Shown: positions 56,175 through 64,000 of the stretch, piece after piece
Layout of the letters: every line of letters starts with the position of its first letter
Position numbering within the stretch: the first letter of the stretch is position 1
Assembly (NCBI GenBank): GCA_052168235.1
Contig: JBQLZK010000002.1
Span: 160,001 to 224,000, forward strand
Origin: Thainema sp.
GTDB lineage: Bacteria > Cyanobacteriota > Cyanobacteriia > Phormidesmidales > Phormidesmidaceae
Reading direction: 5' to 3'
Length of the DNA stretch: 64,000 nt
The notes under the pieces: generated by a model
Databases searched by the model: none
The model's input: only the letters and a program-made list of their open reading frames with translations
Told to the model about the DNA's origin: nothing
Translations under genes and position numbers: made by a program

Positions 56175-56899
56175 TTATCTAGAGCCGTCTGATGGTTACA
56201 GAACAGCTCAATTGCTGTGTCCAGCTTGGGTATGGGTCATGTTCAGCATTGTTTTGCTCAACCTACACGTTCTGACAACCGCACCAGCAGGTGCTCGTCA
56301 TGCTTAAGAAAGCAGTATGAAAGCAGTGTTTTAGCCTTGATGTCACTTATCCTGTTGATCAACAGCTCACTATGGATCTTTTCCTTGGAGGTTTAACAGT
56401 GAGAACCTCGCTGAGAAGAGACAAGCTTAGACCTGCACAGATGAACTCCGCAGGTTTTTCGGCTTTTTGCAGTTGGCTGTAATGTCGGTTTCTAAGGCTT
56501 GTACTGGCTAGCTCTACGATCAGTAGCTTAGAGATCTTATATAAATTGCACAGTGCTGGCAATCTATGGCTCAGTCCTCTAGCACTATGAGGACGAAACC
56601 ATATTTCTATCTGTCTTGGTGTAGCTATTCAGACAGGCAGACTCACGTACAGCATTGAAACAAATGGAACTTGATTGTTGAGACTGCTGCGGATCGAGAA
56701 ACCTATGGCCAGATTACTCAGATAAAAATTGTCTGGAGGAGCCACCAAGAATTGATCGAGTAGACCTCTTAATACTCTTTTTACATTATGCAACGTTTCG
56801 TTTAATTAGAAGTCATTATTTCTTGATGGGTGTTACGGTCGCTACCAATTTTCCATGTTCTGAATCACGATTTGAATAACTGCCACATAGCGGCACATT

Positions 56900-58912
56900 T
56901 TGCGATCGCGCACGTCTGATTCACTAAATCCTGAGAGCCAATTTCCGTGTGTTAGGAGCAAGTTTGTGGACTGGAATTTTCGTTTTGGACGCTCAAATCG
57001 TCTCACCTCATCCAAGAGTTATCGCTGGCTGGCCAATCTGTTAATCCGATTACTGTCGTTTAAGCTCACTCGGCAGCGCCAGCTTGGCTTGTTTAGCCTA
57101 GCGTTGCTCCTAACCGTACTGAGTGCAGCCGGACGTCCGGCATCCATCAACGGTGACGGGCTTAGCCGCTTACTGCCGGGACAGATTTCGCCGGGAGTTG
57201 CCCAATTGTCACCAACATCAACCGATCCAGTCGATTCATCGCAAATCAGCCAAGTTCCGCCCGCTTCAAACCAAGGGAACCGAATTGTACTGAATGGGCA
57301 GACTTTGATCGGTAACTGGATACAGCGGGATCAGCAGTTAGGCATCTCAGATGCGGCCCTCATGCAGGTGATGGGCGTGGAACTGCTGAATAGCCAGCGT
57401 TACGACCAGCAGCCGCTACAGTGGTATTCTGATTTTGCCGATACGTCTTTATCAGCCATGACCTGGTTTGACTCCGGCTTGCGCTACGTTGATGTTGCTT
57501 CCTTAGTGCAGCGATATGGCTGGCAAGTGCAGTCCCAGGGCAATCTATTGGCGATTCAAACGGCACCCGCCCAAATTTCAGCCGTTCGTCAAGGCCGACA
57601 AGATTGGGGCGATCGCATTGTGATCGATTTGAGCCAACCCGCCCCCTGGCAAATCGACGAGCTGCGCGGTGAAGCGACGATTACGCTAGATGCGATCGCA
57701 AATCCTCAGGTACTCAGCACCTTTGAGACTCGACCCGGTAATTTACTCTCTAGCCTGCGCCTCTCTAGTCAGTCAGGCCGTACTCAAATTTCGCTACAGT
57801 TCCCAGCTACCGTCCGGCCCCGCCTCTGGACATTGCCCAATCCCAACCGACTGGTGATTGATGTGCGATCGGACGCCATGATTGAGCGCGATTTGGCCTG
57901 GGCACCCGGCATCCGCTGGCAGCAGAAATGGGTAGCGGTTGGTTCGGCTCAGTTTCCAGTGACAATGCTGACGCTTGATCCCCAAGATCCCCATATTGAG
58001 ATTCGTCCCATCCGCAGTAATCCCACTGCGGCTGAAGGGATTAGTCCACTGGTGACAATGGCCCAATCCTCTGGAGCCGTGGCTGCAATTAATGGAGGAT
58101 TTTTTAATCGCAATAACCAGCTACCCTTGGGAGTTGTTCGAGACAATAATCGCTGGCTGTCTGGCCCGATTTTGAATCGCGGTGCGATCGCATGGAACGA
58201 ACAGCATCAGGCAGTGGTTGATCGCTTGTCACTGTTAGAGGAAATCGCCACCTCAACTGGACAGCGCTTTCCAATTAGTCATTTGAACAGTGGCTATGTT
58301 GAGGCTGGCATTGCTCGCTATACGCCGGAATGGGGCAGTTCCTATAAAACGATGACTGATAGCGAAGTGGTTGTCACCGTGCAGCAAGGGCAGGTCACCA
58401 ACAATCAATCCGCAACCGCTGCCGGGCAGGCCGTTCCGATTCCGCAGGATGGTTATTTGTTAGTCGTGCGTTCTAACGCTGCCGCTGCCCAAGCGCTGCC
58501 GATTGGCGCAACTGTGACCCCGACAACCCGCACGTATCCCGATGCGCTCGTGCAGTCACCGAATTTGATGGGAGGTGGCCCCCTGCTGGTCAAAAATGGC
58601 CGGATTGTTTTGGACGCCCCGGCTGAACAGTTCAGCACGGCCTTTATTCAACAAGCGGCTCCTCGCAGTGCAATCGGCGTTGTCAACAATCAACTGATCC
58701 TGGTTGCCGTTCACAATCGAGTCGGTGGCGCAGGCCCGACCTTAAGTGAAATGGCGCGACTGATGCAGCAGCTTGGCGCGACGGAGGCACTTAATTTAGA
58801 TGGCGGCAGTTCCACATCGCTTTACTTGGGCGGCAGATTGATCGATCGATCAGCCCGAGCCGCAGCCAGAGTGAATAACGGTATCGGCGTTTTTCTCCGT
58901 GATCTGCCATAG
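56900..58912 (+). CDS. Phosphodiester glycosidase (NAGPA/DUF2233) family exported protein; start uncertain
   Basis: AAINGGFF, GGGPLL, APRSAIG, ALNLDGGSST. Confidence 0.9.
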   Translation: MRSRTSDSLNPESQFPCVRSKFVDWNFRFGRSNRLTSSKSYRWLANLLIRLLSFKLTRQRQLGLFSLALLLTVLSAAGRPASINGDGLSRLLPGQISPGVAQLSPTSTDPVDSSQISQVPPASNQGNRIVLNGQTLIGNWIQRDQQLGISDAALMQVMGVELLNSQRYDQQPLQWYSDFADTSLSAMTWFDSGLRYVDVASLVQRYGWQVQSQGNLLAIQTAPAQISAVRQGRQDWGDRIVIDLSQPAPWQIDELRGEATITLDAIANPQVLSTFETRPGNLLSSLRLSSQSGRTQISLQFPATVRPRLWTLPNPNRLVIDVRSDAMIERDLAWAPGIRWQQKWVAVGSAQFPVTMLTLDPQDPHIEIRPIRSNPTAAEGISPLVTMAQSSGAVAAINGGFFNRNNQLPLGVVRDNNRWLSGPILNRGAIAWNEQHQAVVDRLSLLEEIATSTGQRFPISHLNSGYVEAGIARYTPEWGSSYKTMTDSEVVVTVQQGQVTNNQSATAAGQAVPIPQDGYLLVVRSNAAAAQALPIGATVTPTTRTYPDALVQSPNLMGGGPLLVKNGRIVLDAPAEQFSTAFIQQAAPRSAIGVVNNQLILVAVHNRVGGAGPTLSEMARLMQQLGATEALNLDGGSSTSLYLGGRLIDRSARAAARVNNGIGVFLRDLP

Positions 58913-59163
58913 AAATAGGCGTACAAACATTACAGCCATACTGAAATCTAATGAAGCAACTGTTAAAACAGCCGCCAACCTGTGAAAACTTATTGTAGAT
59001 GTGCGTTCATGTAGGAACTTAACCCCCTAGAACCTGTTCGGTGTTGCTATATTGCACTTGTCATATTAACCAGCCAATCAAATAAAAAACGATCGTGGCG
59101 CACTACCCAAAAACTGTACGTACACAACTGCCCATATACAGTTAATGTTCTAAGGAGAAATCT

Positions 59164-59580
59164 GTGGCTAAACCTCAAACTGTTGCTCAAAACCAGATGC
59201 CTTTGCCCGATTCTGCGATCGCAAGAAGTGTTGCAGCAACTGAACTCCGTCCTTGGGGATCTTTCACTGTCCTTGAAGAAGGCCGCGGCTATAAAATTAA
59301 GCGAATTGAGGTCAAGCCCAATCATCGGCTCAGCCTCCAGATGCATCACCATCGGAGTGAACACTGGATCGTTGTATCCGGAACGGCCAAGGTAACCTGC
59401 GCTGAAAAAGAAACTCTGTTATCTACTAATCAATCGACCTACGTGCCACCCTGCACCGCCCACCGTCTTGAAAACCCTGGTGTAATTCCTTTAGTTTTGA
59501 TTGAAGTGCAAAACGGGGAATATCTGGGCGAGGACGATATCGTTCGCTTCCAAGATGACTACGCTCGTACTAACTCTTAG
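59164..59580 (+). CDS. Cupin, mannose-6-phosphate isomerase type II C-terminal-like
   Basis: RPWGSF, LSLQMHHHRSEHW, HRLENPG, YLGEDDIVR. Confidence 0.92.
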   Translation: MAKPQTVAQNQMPLPDSAIARSVAATELRPWGSFTVLEEGRGYKIKRIEVKPNHRLSLQMHHHRSEHWIVVSGTAKVTCAEKETLLSTNQSTYVPPCTAHRLENPGVIPLVLIEVQNGEYLGEDDIVRFQDDYARTNS

Positions 59581-59608
59581 TTATTTATTAGGTTCTTAAG
59601 CGGTTTGG

Positions 59609-59650
59609 AAGACGAGTTCGGCGCTATCACAGTACCGGACTCGTCTTTTT
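59609..59650 (+). terminator. Intrinsic terminator
   Basis: aagacgagttcgg...ccggactcgtc followed by a T tract. Confidence 0.7.
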
Positions 59651-59701
59651 GGTATGAACCTGTGCCAGACAACCGCTACTTTGCTTTAAGATGGAAAAAC
59701 A

Positions 59702-60106
59702 GTGACTTCAAAGCTGACACAAAATGTTGAAATGATCGAAATTAGCCAAACCGCCATCCAAGAGATTAATCGTTTACGCCAAAAACAAGCCCCCAACTCG
59801 GTTGTTCACATCGGTTTGTGCTCCGGTGGATGCCTGGAATGGCTGTATACGCTTGAATTTACTGAGCAAGTCTCTTCAGAGGATAACAACGTTGTCGAAT
59901 GCGCTAATGGCATTCGTGTTCAAATTGCCAAACAAGCCCAACCATATCTGGAGGGGCTCAAACTCGACTATTCTGAAGATCTGATGGGGGGTAGCTTTCG
60001 CTTCCACAACCCCAATGCGACTCAGCATTGCGGATGCGGTAACTCCTTTGCGATCGCACCTGTCGCTTCGAATACAGGTACCATAGACATCGATTACTCA
60101 ATCTGA
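59702..60106 (+). CDS. HesB/IscA-family Fe-S assembly accessory protein
   Basis: GGC, LDYSEDLMGGSFRFHNPNA, CGCGNSF. Confidence 0.92.
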   Translation: MTSKLTQNVEMIEISQTAIQEINRLRQKQAPNSVVHIGLCSGGCLEWLYTLEFTEQVSSEDNNVVECANGIRVQIAKQAQPYLEGLKLDYSEDLMGGSFRFHNPNATQHCGCGNSFAIAPVASNTGTIDIDYSI

Positions 60107-60282
60107 GCGTTACCGTCGCTACCATCGCTAGAATTGCTCTGGTTTGCTCTTTCAAAACTCCAAGCTAAGGAACAAGATTGACTTATGTTCGGTATGCTTG
60201 ACAGTTTTTTTGATAAATCGCTAGAATCAACATTTGTGTATACATCTAAGCTAATTCACTTGAGGTAAACCGCACCACACTC

Positions 60283-60654
60283 ATGCCTACTATTCAACAG
60301 CTCATTCGTGACGAGCGTCGCAAAGCGAAAAAGAAAACAAAATCCCCAGCCCTAAAAAGCTGCCCTCAGCGCCGTGGAGTATGTACCAGGGTTTATACCA
60401 CTACTCCGAAAAAGCCCAACTCTGCATTGAGAAAGGTCGCTAGGGTTCGTCTAACATCTGGATTCGAAGTGACTGCTTACATTCCGGGAATTGGTCATAA
60501 CTTGCAAGAGCACTCTGTTGTGATGATTCGGGGTGGTCGTGTTAAAGATTTACCTGGTGTCCGCTATCACATCATTCGCGGCACGCTTGATACAGCCGGA
60601 GTCAAAGATCGGCGTCAAGGTCGCTCTAAATATGGTGCAAAGCGTCCTGGCTAA
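60283..60654 (+). CDS. rpsL: 30S ribosomal protein S12
   Basis: [19 protein letters not shown]. Confidence 0.99.
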   Translation: MPTIQQLIRDERRKAKKKTKSPALKSCPQRRGVCTRVYTTTPKKPNSALRKVARVRLTSGFEVTAYIPGIGHNLQEHSVVMIRGGRVKDLPGVRYHIIRGTLDTAGVKDRRQGRSKYGAKRPG

Positions 60655-60967
60655 CTTGAAGTGCAGAGGCTAACGTTACATCTGTCTTGAGCTTTATTGA
60701 ACGGGACGACCCTTGAGTAAAAATCTTGAGCAAGAACTAAGTCAGGTTTTATTGATGCCTTGATAATTTGTTTTGCGCTATTTACTTGAGACGATGTCCT
60801 AAGGAGGTAAGCAAATTCGGTAAAGCTCAAAACAGCGCTTTCTGAGCCCAAAAACGAGTTGTTTAGCCCGAAAGAATAGGAAGCTTAGCCAAAGCACTCA
60901 GTTGCATTGTTGGTTTCCCAAAAGTTTTGTTGTTAATTTTCTGACGAGTTAGTTTTAAGGTACGCCT

Positions 60968-61438
60968 ATGTCCCGCCGTATTACCGTTCAAAAAAGAGAA
61001 GTTCCGCCCGATTCTGTTTACAACAGTCGCCTTGTTAGCATGATGGTGCGGCGGATCATGAGAGATGGCAAGAAGTCACTGGCTTCTCGTCTTATCTATG
61101 ATGCTTTCAAAATCATTGAGGAACGGACTAATTCTGATCCGTTAGAGGTTTTTGAGCAAGCTGTCCGCAACGCTACTCCGCTAGTTGAGGTGAAGGCCCG
61201 CCGCGTAGGTGGTGCAACTTACCAAGTCCCGATGGAAGTTCGTTCCGATCGGGGTACTGCGTTGGCGCTACGTTGGCTAACACAGTTTTCTCGTCAGCGT
61301 CCAGGCCGAACGATGGCTAGTAAATTAGCGAATGAGCTGATGGATGCAGCCAACGAAACTGGCAACACCATCAGAAAGCGCGAAGAAACTCACCGCATGG
61401 CTGAAGCCAACAAAGCCTTTGCTCATTATCGTTACTAA
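60968..61438 (+). CDS. rpsG: 30S ribosomal protein S7
   Basis: [25 protein letters not shown]. Confidence 0.99.
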   Translation: MSRRITVQKREVPPDSVYNSRLVSMMVRRIMRDGKKSLASRLIYDAFKIIEERTNSDPLEVFEQAVRNATPLVEVKARRVGGATYQVPMEVRSDRGTALALRWLTQFSRQRPGRTMASKLANELMDAANETGNTIRKREETHRMAEANKAFAHYRY

Positions 61439-61625
61439 ACGTCGTCATCTAAATCTAGAGACTGCTTGCTCACATTGACTGAAAATTGATCATTGAGATC
61501 GATGGCTGATTGGGAAATCGTTCATTTGAACATGCCCTCAGATGTATATCTGCATGCAGCCTCAAGTAGTTAGATTGAGGACTTAAGCGTTAGGATCCTG
61601 TTGCGGCGTAGGCAAAGGAGGTAGT

Positions 61626-63701
61626 GTGGTGCAAAACGTCCCACTTTCACAGACTAGAAATATTGGCATCGCGGCCCATATTGATGCAGGTAAAACGACC
61701 ACTACGGAACGGATTTTGTTCTATTCCGGCATCGTGCACAAAATGGGTGAGGTTCATGAGGGTACGGCTGTAACCGACTGGATGGCTCAGGAACGAGAAC
61801 GAGGCATCACCATTACGGCTGCGGCGATTAGTACCCAGTGGCGCGATCACAAGATCAATATCATTGATACCCCTGGACACGTTGATTTCACCATTGAAGT
61901 CGAACGGTCGATGCGCGTATTGGATGGCGTGATTACTGTTCTTTGCTCTGTTGGTGGGGTTCAACCTCAGACGGAAACGGTTTGGCGTCAAGCTGACCGC
62001 TACAATGTGCCGCGCATCATCTTTGTTAATAAGATGGATCGCACAGGAGCAAACTTCTACAAAGTCTATGAGCAGGTTTGCGATCGCTTACGGGCTAATG
62101 CCATTCCAATTCAGTTACCAATTGGTAGTGAAGATCAGTTTGACGGAGTTGTAGACTTAGTCAGCATGACGGCTCGGATTTACAATGATGATCTGGGCCA
62201 AGATATGGTGGACACTGATATTCCTGATGAGATGCAGGATTTGGTCAAGCAGTATCGTGGCAAGCTGATTGAAGCTGTTGCGGAAACGGATGATGCTTTG
62301 ACTGCAAAGTACTTGGAAGGAGAAACGTTTACCGAGGACGAAATTCGAACCGCAATTCGTAAAAGTACAATTGCTGGCAAGATGGTTCCAATGTTGTGTG
62401 GCTCCGCTTTCAAGAATAAGGGCGTCCAGCTCTTGTTAGATGCCGTTGTTGACTACTTACCTGCTCCAATTGATGTTCCACCCATTCAAGGTCTTTTGCC
62501 GAGTGGTGAAACAGCTTCGCGTCCGGCAGATGTCAATGCGCCTTTAGCCGCATTGGCCTTTAAGGTCATGTCTGACCCATATGGACGGTTGACATTTTTG
62601 CGGGTTTACTCCGGTTCTCTGAACAAAGGTAGCTACGTTTATAACGCGACCAAGCAAAAGAAGGAGCGTATCTCTCGTCTGATTGTCCTCAAAGCGGATG
62701 ATCGGATTGAAGTTGATGAGCTGCGGGCGGGAGATCTAGGAGCGGCTTTAGGATTAAAGGATACGACTACCGGGGATACAATCTGTGACGATCAAGATCC
62801 GATTGTTTTAGAGTCCCTGTATATTCCGGAGCCAGTTATTTCGGTTGCGATTGAACCGAAAACCAAGCAGGATATGGAGAAGCTGTCAAAAGCACTTCAG
62901 TCTCTCTCTGATGAAGATCCAACCTTTCGAGTGTCAACAAACCCAGAAACGAACCAAACTGTGATCGCAGGTATGGGAGAGTTGCACTTGGAAATTCTCG
63001 TGGATCGAATGCTGCGAGAATTTAAAGTCGAAGCGAATGTTGGTGCTCCCCAAGTCGCTTATCGAGAAACAATTCGCAAATCTGTTCAAGTTGAAGGCCG
63101 ATTTATTCGGCAAAGCGGTGGTAAAGGTCAGTATGGTCACGTCGTCATTGAGCTTGAACCCGGCGAAGCTGGCAGCGGATTTGAGTTTGTTTCTAAAATT
63201 GTTGGAGGTGTAATTCCAAAAGAGTATATTCCTTCTGCAGAACAAGGCATGAAGGAGGCTTGCGAATCTGGTATCCTAGCAGGGTACCCTGTGATTGATG
63301 TTAAAGCCACTCTAATTGACGGTTCATACCATGAGGTTGATTCCTCGGAAATGGCCTTCAAAATTGCCGGCTCAATCGCCATGAAAGATGGGGTTATGAA
63401 GGCAGCTCCTGTGCTGCTTGAGCCTGTAATGAAGGTTGAAGTTGAGGTTCCCGAAGACTTCTTGGGAGATGTTATGGGGGACCTCAATTCACGCCGAGGT
63501 CATATTGAAGGTATGAACACGGAAGAAGGTCTTGCCAAGGTTATCTCTAAGGTGCCTTTGGCAGAGATGTTTGGGTATGCTACCGACATTCGGTCTAAGA
63601 CCCAGGGTCGGGGCATTTTCTCAATGGAGTTTAGCGACTACGAAGAGGTGCCTCGCAATGTGGCTGAGGCAATCATCGCTAAGAGTAAAGGGAACGCATA
63701 A
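61626..63701 (+). CDS. fusA: Elongation factor G
   Basis: [24 protein letters not shown]. Confidence 0.99.
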   Translation: MVQNVPLSQTRNIGIAAHIDAGKTTTTERILFYSGIVHKMGEVHEGTAVTDWMAQERERGITITAAAISTQWRDHKINIIDTPGHVDFTIEVERSMRVLDGVITVLCSVGGVQPQTETVWRQADRYNVPRIIFVNKMDRTGANFYKVYEQVCDRLRANAIPIQLPIGSEDQFDGVVDLVSMTARIYNDDLGQDMVDTDIPDEMQDLVKQYRGKLIEAVAETDDALTAKYLEGETFTEDEIRTAIRKSTIAGKMVPMLCGSAFKNKGVQLLLDAVVDYLPAPIDVPPIQGLLPSGETASRPADVNAPLAALAFKVMSDPYGRLTFLRVYSGSLNKGSYVYNATKQKKERISRLIVLKADDRIEVDELRAGDLGAALGLKDTTTGDTICDDQDPIVLESLYIPEPVISVAIEPKTKQDMEKLSKALQSLSDEDPTFRVSTNPETNQTVIAGMGELHLEILVDRMLREFKVEANVGAPQVAYRETIRKSVQVEGRFIRQSGGKGQYGHVVIELEPGEAGSGFEFVSKIVGGVIPKEYIPSAEQGMKEACESGILAGYPVIDVKATLIDGSYHEVDSSEMAFKIAGSIAMKDGVMKAAPVLLEPVMKVEVEVPEDFLGDVMGDLNSRRGHIEGMNTEEGLAKVISKVPLAEMFGYATDIRSKTQGRGIFSMEFSDYEEVPRNVAEAIIAKSKGNA

Positions 63702-63722
63702 GAAGAAAGGAAGGCACAATTC

Positions 63723-64000
63723 ATGGCACGCGAAAAGTTTGAGCGGAAAAAACCCCACGTTAACATTGGCACCATTGGTCACGTTGACCACGGTAAAACA
63801 ACTCTGACTGCAGCAATTACCACTGCTTTGTCAGTTGGTGGCTTTGCAAAAGCTCGTAAGTATGACGAAATTGATGCTGCGCCTGAAGAGAAGGCACGTG
63901 GTATTACGATCAACACAGCTCACGTTGAGTATGAGACTGATAATCGTCACTATGCTCACGTTGACTGCCCTGGGCACGCAGACTATGTGAAGAACATGAT
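63723..64000 (+). CDS. tuf: Elongation factor Tu (5' part; runs off the window)
   Basis: [27 protein letters not shown]...[14 protein letters not shown]. Confidence 0.98.
   Translation, partial: MAREKFERKKPHVNIGTIGHVDHGKTTLTAAITTALSVGGFAKARKYDEIDAAPEEKARGITINTAHVEYETDNRHYAHVDCPGHADYVKNM

Noticed and set aside
56565..56602. Hammerhead ribozyme suggested by gtcctc...gaggacgaaac
   Set aside because: The CUGANGA core is absent; it reads better as a simple minus-strand hairpin upstream of glsF
56832..56845. NtcA site for glsF
   Set aside because: Only GTT-N8-TAC, far from the start codon, with no properly spaced -10 toward glsF

Overview
A 64-kb chromosomal window from a cyanobacterium: the HIP1 octamer GCGATCGC is very abundant, and sasA, a group-2 sigma factor, Fd-GOGAT, the urt operon and a canonical NtcA promoter are present. 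Most genes are housekeeping (purN/S/Q/H, ilvD, zur, glsF, cysH, urtABCDE, rpsL-rpsG-fusA-tuf). I saw no transposase, phage gene, CRISPR array, tRNA or rRNA. The most interesting signals are: (1) an orphan PhnD-type binding lipoprotein apparently co-transcribed with two hybrid histidine kinases, with no permease or ATPase, behind a Pho-box-like repeat (candidate P-compound sensing system); (2) two families of ~90-105 bp TA-ended miniature elements with covarying internal hairpins, one overlapping two TAG stop codons; (3) GTAG-type REP-like palindromes; (4) UrtD with a TerB-like C-terminal fusion; (5) two candidate structured ncRNAs; (6) an unlisted 58-aa ORF and a frameshifted DUF389 remnant. 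All calls come from reading the sequence by eye; no database searches were run.
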